Below are positions 19,435 through 28,645 of a stretch of 39,992 nt of DNA, in pieces. Location: assembly GCA_964545755.1 (NCBI GenBank), contig CAZJHA010000001.1:1922-41913 (forward strand), in the 5' to 3' direction. Source of the DNA: an uncultured Halobacteriales archaeon. Lineage in GTDB: Archaea; Halobacteriota; Halobacteria; Halobacteriales; Halococcaceae. Each line of letters opens with the position of its first letter. Position 1 is the stretch's first letter. The translations under genes were made by a program, and so were the position numbers. Below the pieces are notes generated by a model. It was not told the DNA's origin and made no database searches. It saw only the letters and a program-made list of their open reading frames with translations.

Positions 19435-20871
19435 ATGACACGAACGATACAGACTGCAGGAGTGGTTCTGGTGGTACTGTTCTCGGCGGCCATCGGTGGC
19501 GTCGCCCTCGGCGGGACGGCGGCGGCACTCGACTCCGGTGCGGGTTCGATGTATCCCTCCGCGCCGGGGACCGATGCGCTCGGTACGGCCGTCGTCGTCG
19601 CCCGACCCGGTGACGCCGTCGCGCAGAACGGTATCAAGCGGATAACGCTCTCGACGTCGGCCGGGAGCTTCGAAAACGTCACCGACGACGACGTGTTCAT
19701 CGCGATCCGCGGCGGCCAACGAATCGAGATTTCGGAGGGTGGTAGCGACATCACGGAACTCTCGAACATTAGCGTCTCGTCGAGCGCCGACGGCAACCGG
19801 TTGCAGATCACGCTCCCGCGGCCGGTGCGGCCGCGATTCGCCTCAGATAGCCCGAACACCGGTGCGGAGGTCGCGGTGAAATTCGGGAACTTCACGACGC
19901 CGAGTCAGCCGGGGAGCTATCAGATAAATGGCACGCTCAGCGACCCGTCGGGAGCCACCGACGGGCCGGCATCGGTCTCCTATTCGGTGAGTCCGGTGGA
20001 AATCTCGATGGCCAATCAGAGCCTCTCGCAGTTCAGCGACCGGCAGACGATAAACGTCTCGGCGGCGGTGCCCGGCGGCGGCTACGTCGGGCTGTTCACC
20101 ACGGCACCGAACGGCTCGCCGGGCACACTCGTCGGTGCGACGAACGTCTCGACGTCCTCGTCGGCACAGAACTACAGCATCGACGTCGGCGGCAACGTCT
20201 CCGAGAGCCAGCAGCTCATGGCGGTCGCCTACACCGAGACGTCGGGACGCTCGGCAGCACTCCGTGCCGAGGAGTCCTTCGACCCGACCGAGGACCAGCG
20301 CCTCAGGGTCAACGGCACGCTCGTGAACGCGACCGCGAACGTCTCGACGCTCGACGTCGACGGGCGCATCGAGGCCGGCGGCGAGTACGGACAGGGCGCA
20401 CGGCTGTACTTCCCGCAGGGCGAGCCGGCCACGGGCTACCAGCTGCGGTCGGTCAACGAGGGTGAACTCGGTCCGGCCGCGACGCAGTTCGAGACCGCCG
20501 CTAATGGCACAACGGTTCTCGACACGAGCGACCTCTCGGAGGGCCAGTACGCCATCACGCGGGTCAGTGACGGCTCGCTCGTGAGCCTCGACAACGACAG
20601 CACGACCGGCCCGCAGGACGACAGCATCTTCATCACCGGCCAGCAGGTGACGACACAGGCCACGACCCAAGCCAGCGGCACGGACGCGGCGACCGACGCC
20701 GCAACCGGCGGCGAGGGCACGGCGGCGAACGGTGGTGCTGACACCGCAGCCGCGAACGGAAACGACAGCGGGAGCGGCAACGACACCAGCAACTCCGGCG
20801 GTCCGGGCTTCAGCATCGCCGTGGCGGTGGTCGCGCTGCTCGGCGCGGCACTGCTCGCGATGCGGCGCTGA
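19435..20871 (+). CDS. PGF-CTERM cell-surface glycoprotein 1
   Basis: Signal peptide, about 17 N-x-S/T sequons by hand count, Thr/Ala/Gly linker, and C-terminal GPGFSIAVAVVALLGAALLAMRR (PGF + TM + basic). Confidence 0.88.
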   Translation: MTRTIQTAGVVLVVLFSAAIGGVALGGTAAALDSGAGSMYPSAPGTDALGTAVVVARPGDAVAQNGIKRITLSTSAGSFENVTDDDVFIAIRGGQRIEISEGGSDITELSNISVSSSADGNRLQITLPRPVRPRFASDSPNTGAEVAVKFGNFTTPSQPGSYQINGTLSDPSGATDGPASVSYSVSPVEISMANQSLSQFSDRQTINVSAAVPGGGYVGLFTTAPNGSPGTLVGATNVSTSSSAQNYSIDVGGNVSESQQLMAVAYTETSGRSAALRAEESFDPTEDQRLRVNGTLVNATANVSTLDVDGRIEAGGEYGQGARLYFPQGEPATGYQLRSVNEGELGPAATQFETAANGTTVLDTSDLSEGQYAITRVSDGSLVSLDNDSTTGPQDDSIFITGQQVTTQATTQASGTDAATDAATGGEGTAANGGADTAAANGNDSGSGNDTSNSGGPGFSIAVAVVALLGAALLAMRR

Positions 20872-21054
20872 AACGGCTGCTTGCGGTTCGATTCTTCGCT
20901 TCGTCCGATGGAATGAAATTCTGGACAGGAAATCACGAACCGATAGAAATGAGTACGATGGGAGTGACGGAACCATCACCACGGGAGCCATCGGGTGACG
21001 ATACCGCATCGTCACGGGTGGCCCCGAAACCCACACAATGAGGAGTACACAACC

Positions 21055-22458
21055 ATGACGACGGCACGACGCAGCGTATTCATGACCATCGCAGTGGTCG
21101 TTTCGGCGGTCGTTGGCGGGGTCGCCCTCGGCGGGACGGCAGCGGCACTCGATGCGGACACGGCCGCGCCCTACCCCCACTCGCCGGGGACGACCGTCGG
21201 GGAGTTCCCCGTCTCGGTCGTCGCCCAGCGCAGCGACGCCATCACGCAGAACGGGATGCAATCGATGACGCTCGACTTCGGCGCGAGCGGCGGCTTCGAC
21301 GGGAGCGTCGGGAACGTCACCACCGGATCGGTGACGGTTACCCTCGTCGGCGAGAGCACCCAGCGGACGGTCGACCCGGCCAACGTCTCGACGACGGGGA
21401 ACGGACAGGTCACGGTGACCTTCCAACAGCCGGTGTCGGTCGGTGCCGATACTCGCATCATCGCCGATGTCGGCAACGTGACGACGCCCTCGACCGACGG
21501 CACCTACACCATCGGCGTGTCGGCGACGACGCCCTCGGGGACGACCGACGGGCCGGTGACGGTCGACTATCGGGTGGCGGGCGGCTCGCTCTCGTTCCCG
21601 AACCAGAGCGCCTCGCAGTTCAGCGCGAATCAGTCGGTGACCGTCTCGGGGGTCATCCCGAACGCGGGTTACGTCGGCGTGTTCACCGTCGCTGACAACG
21701 GCTCGCGGGGCGAGCTGGTCGGGGCCAGCCAGCCCATCATTGCCCTCTACAACGAGCGTAACTACACCGTGAACCTCAACGGCAACGTCGAAGAGAGCCA
21801 GCGGCTCATGGCGGTCGCCTTCTACGAGACGAGCGGCGGTACCCAATCCGAGCGGCTGAACGGCACGCTCGACCCGAGCGCGGACGCGGTCGTGACGAAC
21901 AACGGCAACCCCGTCAACGCGACCGGGTTCGTGACTACCGTCGACGCCGACGGAATCGTCACGGCCGGCAGCGAGTACGACCAAGGCGCGCGGCTGTACT
22001 TCGGACAGGGGGAGCCGAACACGGGCTACCAACTCCGGACGGTCGAAAACGGCAGCGCCGACTCCACCGTGACGCAGTTCGAGACCGCCGCCAACGGCTC
22101 TGCGGTTATCGATACCGAAGGACTACAGCAGGGCCAGTACGTCATCACGCGTATCGACGACGGCTCGGTGGTCGGTCTCGACAACGACAGCACGACCAGC
22201 GCACAGGACGACAGCATCTACATCACCGGCCAGCAGTTCACCGAGACGACCGCCGCGACCGGCGGCAGCAACGAGAGCGGCGGCAGTGTCTCCAACGCGA
22301 CAGCGAGCGCCGGTAACGAGAGCGGTGCGGGCGACAACGGCTCCGGGAACGGAAGCGGCGGCTCCGGCGGCAGCAGTTCGAGCGGTCCGGGCTTCGGTAT
22401 CGCCGTGGCGGTGGTCGCGCTGCTCGGGGCGGCGCTGCTCGCAACGCGGCGCGGGTAA
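21055..22458 (+). CDS. PGF-CTERM cell-surface glycoprotein 2 (tandem paralog of 19435-20871)
   Basis: GAGGAG upstream of ATG 21055; shares GGVALGGTAAALD, QGARLYF.QGEP.TGYQLR and LDNDSTT..QDDSI with paralog 1; ends GPGFGIAVAVVALLGAALLATRRG. Confidence 0.88.
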   Translation: MTTARRSVFMTIAVVVSAVVGGVALGGTAAALDADTAAPYPHSPGTTVGEFPVSVVAQRSDAITQNGMQSMTLDFGASGGFDGSVGNVTTGSVTVTLVGESTQRTVDPANVSTTGNGQVTVTFQQPVSVGADTRIIADVGNVTTPSTDGTYTIGVSATTPSGTTDGPVTVDYRVAGGSLSFPNQSASQFSANQSVTVSGVIPNAGYVGVFTVADNGSRGELVGASQPIIALYNERNYTVNLNGNVEESQRLMAVAFYETSGGTQSERLNGTLDPSADAVVTNNGNPVNATGFVTTVDADGIVTAGSEYDQGARLYFGQGEPNTGYQLRTVENGSADSTVTQFETAANGSAVIDTEGLQQGQYVITRIDDGSVVGLDNDSTTSAQDDSIYITGQQFTETTAATGGSNESGGSVSNATASAGNESGAGDNGSGNGSGGSGGSSSSGPGFGIAVAVVALLGAALLATRRG

Positions 22459-22516
22459 CCCACTTGCCGCTTCGATTCCGACGAACGGATTTGTCTCGGT
22501 CGAGTTCGCTCACGGG

Positions 22517-23728
22517 ATGACAGCATCGCAGCTCCGACCGACGGGACTCACGGGCGAAGTGCTCGAAAAGACGCTGCGGTACGCCCGCGAGCGCGACTAT
22601 ACTGGCTGGGACTACGGCGACGGGATGAGCAGCCGGCTGTTGCAGGCGCTGCCCGTCGAGAACAAGTGGCTGAACATCGCGGTCCAAGAGACCATCAAGC
22701 GCGCGCCGGTCAACGTACGACCGCTGTTTTTGGTCGAACAGCGCCGCAACTACAAGGGAACTGCCCTCTTTACGATGGCGAACCTCACGGCCCACGAACT
22801 AGGTCTCGGCGAGGTCACGGGCGTCGACTACGAGCGCGAGGCACGCGACCTCGCCGAGTGGCTCGTCGAAGAGCGCACGCCGGGCTATGCGGGCTTCTGT
22901 GGCGCACACCGCCACGAAATCCAGCATCTGGACAAGAAGGGGTTGCCCTCCTGGCCCGACATGGTCTCGACGTCGTACGCGGTGCGGGCGCTGCTCGCGG
23001 CCCACGACGCTGGTCTCGACACGGGCGAGACGGACTATTCTGCGGTCGTGCGCTCGGTCGCGGACTTCATCGACGCGGACTTAGACTACGAGGAGATCGA
23101 GGAGGGTGCGCGGATGAAGTACGTCCCGACGTGGTCGAACGAGCACTACACGCTCAATGCGGTCGCCCTCGGTGGCGTGACGCTGCTCGAACTCGGCGCG
23201 CGCTTCGGCGGCGACCACCGCGAGCGCGGCGGGAAACTGCTGGATTACGTGGTCTCGCGCCAGCAACCCGAAGGCGGCTGGATGTACCGCGACCCGCCGT
23301 CGGCGTCGCATCTCTCGATGGACAGCCATCACAACGGGTTCATTATCGAGTCGCTGCTGCGCCACCGCGAACTCACTGGCTCGGAGAGGTATTCCGACGT
23401 GCTCGACGACGCGCTCGCGTTCTACCGCGAGGACCTCTTCGAGGACGACGGCGCGCCGAACTGGGACGAGTCGAACAGGTATCCCCGTGACATCCACGCC
23501 GCCGCCCAGGGCATCATCGTCTTCAGCCGTGCCGGCGAGTTCACCGCCGCCGAACGCGTCATCGACTGGGTACTCGGGGCGCTGTACGCCGGCAACGGGA
23601 AGTTCCGCTTCCGCCAGGAGCGGTTTTTCACCAAGCGCGTCACGCTGATGCGGTGGTGTGAGGCGTGGATGGCGTACGCGCTGGCGACGTATCTCGACCA
23701 GCGCGCGGCGAGTGCGACCCCTCGCTGA
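22517..23728 (+). CDS. Alpha-helical barrel ((alpha/alpha)n) protein of polysaccharide loci, copy A; function unknown
   Basis: Y.GWD..DG motif, QQPEGGWMY, DSHHNGFIIESL, YPRDIHAAAQ and MRWCEAWM; paralogous to 27404-28597. Start is ATG 22517. Confidence 0.7.
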   Translation: MTASQLRPTGLTGEVLEKTLRYARERDYTGWDYGDGMSSRLLQALPVENKWLNIAVQETIKRAPVNVRPLFLVEQRRNYKGTALFTMANLTAHELGLGEVTGVDYEREARDLAEWLVEERTPGYAGFCGAHRHEIQHLDKKGLPSWPDMVSTSYAVRALLAAHDAGLDTGETDYSAVVRSVADFIDADLDYEEIEEGARMKYVPTWSNEHYTLNAVALGGVTLLELGARFGGDHRERGGKLLDYVVSRQQPEGGWMYRDPPSASHLSMDSHHNGFIIESLLRHRELTGSERYSDVLDDALAFYREDLFEDDGAPNWDESNRYPRDIHAAAQGIIVFSRAGEFTAAERVIDWVLGALYAGNGKFRFRQERFFTKRVTLMRWCEAWMAYALATYLDQRAASATPR

Positions 23729-23923
23729 CCGACTGGATAGTTTCGGTCCGTCCGTCGTGAACGACGCCAGTCGGTTTCGACAGGTTTGATAAGCTTGCTG
23801 GTGAAGGAGGGGTAATGATGCCGCCGCTTTACGTACGGACCATACGATACACAGGGGCGGTGCTGTGAGCGACGCCTCGATGACCGGTGGTTCACCGCGC
23901 CCGGACGTCGGGGGGCCGGACCG

Positions 23924-25042
23924 ATGACCGACGGGACGGCCGTGACCATCGTGCTCGGCACGCGCCCGGAGATCATCAAGCTCGCACCCGTCATCGACGC
24001 CTGCGAGGCACGAGATATCGTCTACAGCGTCGTCCACACCGGCCAGCACTACTCCGAGGAGTTGGATACCGTCTTCTTCGACCAGCTCGAACTGCCAGCG
24101 CCCGACCACAACCTCGGCGTCGGCTCCGGCTCCCAGAGCGAACAGACCGGCGCGATGATTCCCGCAATCGAGGCGGTCCTGCTCGACGAGGGACCCGAAC
24201 TGGTGCTCGTCCAGGGCGATACGAACTCCGTGCTCGCGGGAGCCATCGCGGCGAGCAAACTCGACTGTGAGGTGGGTCACGTCGAGGCCGGCCTGCGGAG
24301 TTTCGATAGAACGATGCCCGAAGAGGTGAATCGCGTCCTCGCCGATCACGCCGCCGACTACCGCTTCGCGCCGACCGACCAGGCCGCGGGCTATCTCCGC
24401 GAGGAGGGCGTTCCCGACGAGTCCGTCCACGTGACGGGCAACACCATCGTCGATGCGGTCACGGGCTATCGCGACCTCGCGGCCGAGAAGAGCGACGTTC
24501 TCGACGAACTCGGTCTCGAACCCGACGAATTCTGTCTGTTGACTGCCCATCGTGCCGAGAACGTCGACGACCGCGAGCGATTCGAGAGCTTACTCGACGG
24601 CGTGGCCCGGTTCGCCCGCGAGTCGGGCCTCGACGTGGTGTATCCGGTCCACCCGCGCGCCGACGACCGCCTCGCGGCGTTCGGTATCGAGATGCCCGGC
24701 GAAATCACGCCTATCGACTCACAGGATTTCCTCGATTTCCTTCGGCTCGAAAGCACAGCGAAGGTTGTCTGCACCGACTCCGGCGGCGTACAGGAGGAGA
24801 CCTGCATTCTCGGGACGCCCTGTGTCACGCTGCGAGACAACACTGAACGGCCCGAAACCGTTGCGGTCGGCGCGAACCGCGTCGTCGGCGTCGACCCCGA
24901 GAGCATCGTCGCCGGTGCGCGCGAGGCCCTCGGCAACCCGAACGACTGGGACAATCCCTTCGGTGATGGTCAGAGCGCCGAGCGTATCCTCGATATCGCA
25001 GGGCTTGGGCCGGCCACGTCGGTCGGGGAGGTGGGCGGATGA
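23924..25042 (+). CDS. wecB: UDP-N-acetylglucosamine 2-epimerase (non-hydrolysing)
   Basis: GTRPEIIK, HTGQHY, VQGDTNS, HVEAGLRS, PEEVNR, TAHRAEN, TDSGGVQEE and TERPE motifs. Confidence 0.95.
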   Translation: MTDGTAVTIVLGTRPEIIKLAPVIDACEARDIVYSVVHTGQHYSEELDTVFFDQLELPAPDHNLGVGSGSQSEQTGAMIPAIEAVLLDEGPELVLVQGDTNSVLAGAIAASKLDCEVGHVEAGLRSFDRTMPEEVNRVLADHAADYRFAPTDQAAGYLREEGVPDESVHVTGNTIVDAVTGYRDLAAEKSDVLDELGLEPDEFCLLTAHRAENVDDRERFESLLDGVARFARESGLDVVYPVHPRADDRLAAFGIEMPGEITPIDSQDFLDFLRLESTAKVVCTDSGGVQEETCILGTPCVTLRDNTERPETVAVGANRVVGVDPESIVAGAREALGNPNDWDNPFGDGQSAERILDIAGLGPATSVGEVGG

Positions 25043-26310
25043 GTTCGGTCTGTGTCCACGGACTCGGCTACATCGGCCTGCCGACGGCCGCGATGCTCGC
25101 CGACAGCGGTCACGACGTCGCCGGCTACGACATCGATACGGACCTGCTCGACCGGCTCGACCGCGGCGAGGTCCCGGTGGATGAACCGGGTCTCGACGAG
25201 TTCGTCACCGAGGCGCTCGCGGGAAGTTTGTCGGTCTCACACGAGGTGCCGCCCGCCGACTACCACCTCATCTGCGTGCCGACGCCGCTCGACGGCGACC
25301 GGGCGGACCTCGCGTATGTCGAGAGCGCCGCCGAGACGGTTGCCGAGGTGCTCCGCGCGGACGATACGGTGATTCTCGAATCTACGGTGCCACCGGGAAC
25401 CACCGTCGAGACGGTCGCGCCGATCCTCGAAACCTCAGGACTGTCCGCCGGCGAGTTCTCGCTGGCGTACTCGCCCGAAACCGTGCTTCCGGGCAGCGTC
25501 ATCGCGGAACTGCGTGCGAACGACCGCGCGGTCGGCGGTATCGACGAGCGCTCGGTCGAGCGCGCGGCGGCGCTCTACGGGTCGTTCGTCGAGGGCGACC
25601 TCCGAACGACGGCGAACCCGACGCTCGCGGAGTTCGTCAAACTCATCCAGAACACCTATCGGGACGTGAACATCGCGCTTGCCAACGAACTGGCGATGAT
25701 AGCGGCCGATTACGACCTCGACTCGCGGGAGGCCATCGCGCTTGCGAACCACCATCCGCGGGTGAACCTCCATCAGCCGGGACCCGGTGTCGGCGGGCAC
25801 TGCATCCCCATCGACCCGCTCTTTTTGGGACAGCACTCGGAGAAACTGGACCTCATCGAGCGCGCCCGCGCGGTCAACGACGGCATGGCCGAGTACGTCA
25901 CCGACCTCCTCGATTCGCATCTCGACGCGCTCGCGGACGCGTCGGTAGCGATCCTCGGCGTCGCCTACAAGGGCAACGTCGCCGACGCGCGCGAGAGCCC
26001 GGGGCTGCGTCTCGCGGACGTTCTCCAAACACGGACACAGGTGGCCGGAGCCACCGGAGCGAGTGCGGCCGGCGTCGACGTCCGCCTCACCGACCCGCAC
26101 GTCACCGACCAGCGGTTCGCGCTCGCGCCCCTCGACGAGGCGTTCTCGGGAGCCGATGCGGTCGTCGTCGCCACCGACCATGACGAATACACCGAACTGG
26201 ACCCCGACGATGTAGCGGCACGGCTCGACGGCACAGTCGTTATCGATGCGAAGGGACTGCTCGATGTGGCCGAATGGGAGGCGGCTGGACTGCGGGTCGT
26301 CCGGCTATGA
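25039..26310 (+). CDS. wecC: UDP-N-acetylmannosamine dehydrogenase (nucleotide-sugar dehydrogenase)
   Basis: GLGYIGLPTA, CVPTP, ESTVPPGTT, KLIQNTYRDVNIA, GPGVGGHCI and AYKGNVADARESP motifs; translationally coupled to wecB. Confidence 0.85.
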   Translation: MSSVCVHGLGYIGLPTAAMLADSGHDVAGYDIDTDLLDRLDRGEVPVDEPGLDEFVTEALAGSLSVSHEVPPADYHLICVPTPLDGDRADLAYVESAAETVAEVLRADDTVILESTVPPGTTVETVAPILETSGLSAGEFSLAYSPETVLPGSVIAELRANDRAVGGIDERSVERAAALYGSFVEGDLRTTANPTLAEFVKLIQNTYRDVNIALANELAMIAADYDLDSREAIALANHHPRVNLHQPGPGVGGHCIPIDPLFLGQHSEKLDLIERARAVNDGMAEYVTDLLDSHLDALADASVAILGVAYKGNVADARESPGLRLADVLQTRTQVAGATGASAAGVDVRLTDPHVTDQRFALAPLDEAFSGADAVVVATDHDEYTELDPDDVAARLDGTVVIDAKGLLDVAEWEAAGLRVVRL

Positions 26311-27407
26311 GCGGACACGGGGAGAGCGCCGCAAGCTCGCCCGCCACGCGAACGCGGCCGGTGCGGGCGTGGATAGACCTCGTGAGTCCGTCCCACCCCT
26401 TCTTCTTCGCCGCACTGGCCGAACGTCTCGACGGCGTTTCGGTGGCGACCACGGTGCGAGAGAAGACCGAGACCGTCTCGCTCGCCCGCGAGGTGGGCTT
26501 CACCCACCGCGTCGTCGGCCGGGATTTCGATAACGCCCTCGTCCGGAAAGTCGGGATTCCGCTTCGAACGGCGCAACTGGCCCTCGAAGCGCCCGACTGT
26601 GACGTGTCGCTGTCGTCTCGCAACGCGATGTGTGTACTCGCCTCCAAAGTCAGGGGAATCCCCTCGATACACTTCACCGACAACGACATCACCGCCCACA
26701 TCGACGGTCTCTGGGTGGAAGAGCTGTACAATCGCTTCGAGGCCGCCGCGACGCACAACGTCGTGCCGCGGGCGTTCGCGACCGAGGAACTGACCCGCTG
26801 GGGTGCAGACGCCGGCTCGATACACACCTATGATGGGTACAAGGAAGACGTCTACGTCGCCAACTTCGAGCCGAACCCCGACTTTCCCGCCCAGCTGCCC
26901 TTCGCAAGCGGCGCATACATCGTCGTCCGCCCGGAGGCGCTGACGGCGGCGTACGTCGACGCCGACTCCATCGTTCCCGACCTGCTCGCGGCGGCGGTCG
27001 AGCGCGACATCGGTGTCGTCTATCTCCCGCGCGGGCGCGGCGACGAGGCGCACGCCGACGAGTATTCCCCCGATGCGGTATACGTGCCGGATGGAGCGGT
27101 CAACGGGATGCAGCTGGCGTGGCATGCCCGCTGTGTACTCACCGGTTCGGGCACGATGTCGCGGGAGGCCGCCTGCATGGAGAAGCCGGCAGTGTCGTTC
27201 TTTCCGAATACGTTACTATCGGTCGACCAGGAACTCGTCGCCGACGGGCGCATCTTCCACTCCCGAAACCCCGAAGAAATCATCGAACACATCGCCGCGC
27301 TCGACGAACGTGACGTCGCACCCGACCGCGAGCGGGCGCGTGCGGTGCGCGACGAGGTCGTCGAGCTGACGGGAGAGCTGATCCAATCGTGCTGTGGGGA
27401 GCGATGA
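26307..27407 (+). CDS. DUF354-like GT-B fold protein (putative glycosyltransferase), copy 2
   Basis: WIDLVSPSHPFFF, YDGYKEDVY..F and GSGTMSREAACMEKPAVS motifs; ATGA overlaps at both ends. Confidence 0.75.
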   Translation: MSGHGESAASSPATRTRPVRAWIDLVSPSHPFFFAALAERLDGVSVATTVREKTETVSLAREVGFTHRVVGRDFDNALVRKVGIPLRTAQLALEAPDCDVSLSSRNAMCVLASKVRGIPSIHFTDNDITAHIDGLWVEELYNRFEAAATHNVVPRAFATEELTRWGADAGSIHTYDGYKEDVYVANFEPNPDFPAQLPFASGAYIVVRPEALTAAYVDADSIVPDLLAAAVERDIGVVYLPRGRGDEAHADEYSPDAVYVPDGAVNGMQLAWHARCVLTGSGTMSREAACMEKPAVSFFPNTLLSVDQELVADGRIFHSRNPEEIIEHIAALDERDVAPDRERARAVRDEVVELTGELIQSCCGER

Positions 27408-28597
27408 GCGAGGAAAACCCCTTCGCGCCGGCGAACGTCTTGGAGCGCGCGTTGACGTGGGCGCGCGAGCGCGGGTACGCCGGCTGGGACCCCTACGATG
27501 GATTGAACAGCCCGTACGCGAAACCGTTCGAGCGACACTGGTTCACCCGGTTGGCGTGGACTCACGCGGTGAACCTCTCGCCGATAGAGCTGAGACGGGC
27601 GCTGTCGATTCCCGCAGAGCGCAACCCGAAGGGCATCGCGCTGTTCGCGCTCGCCTACCTCCATCGCTACGAGGCGACGGGCGACGAGGCGGATTTGGCC
27701 GAAGCCGAACGGCTGCTCGCGTGGCTCCATGACTATCAGTCGCCGTCGTTCGACTATCCCTGCTGGGGCTACAACTTCGATTGGCAGAACGCCCGGAAGT
27801 TCTACCTGCCGGCCTACCGTCCCTCGGTGGTCGTGACGGTCTTCTGTGCGCAGGCGTTCGTCCACCACCACCGCCTCACCGGCGACGACGATTCGCTATC
27901 GGTCGCAGAAGGGGCCTGTGAGTTCATCCGAAACGAAATCAACACCCGGGAGGTCGCCGGCTACGACGCCTACACCTACACCACCGACGACGAGTTCGTC
28001 GTCATCAACGTCAACGCGCTGGCCGCGCGACTGTTCGCGCTGGTCGCTGCCGAAAACGGCGACACAGACCTCATGGCGCGCGCCGACGACCTCGTGGAGT
28101 TCGTCCTCTCCGCACAGGAAGAAAGCGGCGCGTGGCATTACTCGATGCCGGCAGACCGCTCGCACATCAGTCACGACAACTTCCATACGGGATTCGTGCT
28201 CGAATCGCTCAGAGAGTACCTCGATGCTGGCGGCGACGTTCCGGGAACCGAGGCGGCCTACGAGCGCGGTCTCGACTTCTATCGGGAGAACCTCTTCGAA
28301 GCCGACGGCGCGCCGAAGTTCGAACACGACCAGTCCTACCCCCACGACGCCCACGCCGCCGCCCAGTCGATTCGCACGTTCGTCAGAGATGGCCAGCCCG
28401 AGAGCGTCGAGATGGCCGCACAGGTCCTCGACTGGAGCATCGACGAACTGTTCGACGATACGGGCTACTTCTATCGGCGGCGCGGGCGCTTCATCGACGA
28501 CGAAACTCCCTACATCCGCTGGAGTCAGGCGTGGATGTGCTTCGCGCTCGCCTCGGCAGTCCGCCAGCGCGCTGAGAACGGACGTGGGGCGGAGTAG
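27404..28597 (+). CDS. Alpha-helical barrel protein of polysaccharide loci, copy B; function unknown
   Basis: YAGWDPYDGLNS, NPKGIALF, WGYNFDWQ, QEESGAWHY, DNFHTGFVLESL, YPHDAHAAAQ and IRWSQAWM motifs. Confidence 0.72.
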   Translation: MSEENPFAPANVLERALTWARERGYAGWDPYDGLNSPYAKPFERHWFTRLAWTHAVNLSPIELRRALSIPAERNPKGIALFALAYLHRYEATGDEADLAEAERLLAWLHDYQSPSFDYPCWGYNFDWQNARKFYLPAYRPSVVVTVFCAQAFVHHHRLTGDDDSLSVAEGACEFIRNEINTREVAGYDAYTYTTDDEFVVINVNALAARLFALVAAENGDTDLMARADDLVEFVLSAQEESGAWHYSMPADRSHISHDNFHTGFVLESLREYLDAGGDVPGTEAAYERGLDFYRENLFEADGAPKFEHDQSYPHDAHAAAQSIRTFVRDGQPESVEMAAQVLDWSIDELFDDTGYFYRRRGRFIDDETPYIRWSQAWMCFALASAVRQRAENGRGAE

Positions 28598-28645
28598 TAT
28601 CGACGGAACACAAAACCCATACCCGATGCGGGAGTTCCAACGGCA

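Noticed and set aside
20650-22385. Low-complexity Thr/Ala/Gly/Ser/Asn-coding stretches as tandem repeats or CRISPR
   Set aside because: They are linkers before the PGF-CTERM signals, with no regular repeat-spacer periodicity.
13077-24550. Long antisense or overlapping ORFs (13077-15062, 17465-19438, 19843-22032, 23081-24550 and many shorter ones)
   Set aside because: They are shadow ORFs expected in high-GC DNA with strong codon bias: Arg/Val/Gly-rich, without motifs, and opposite well-supported genes.
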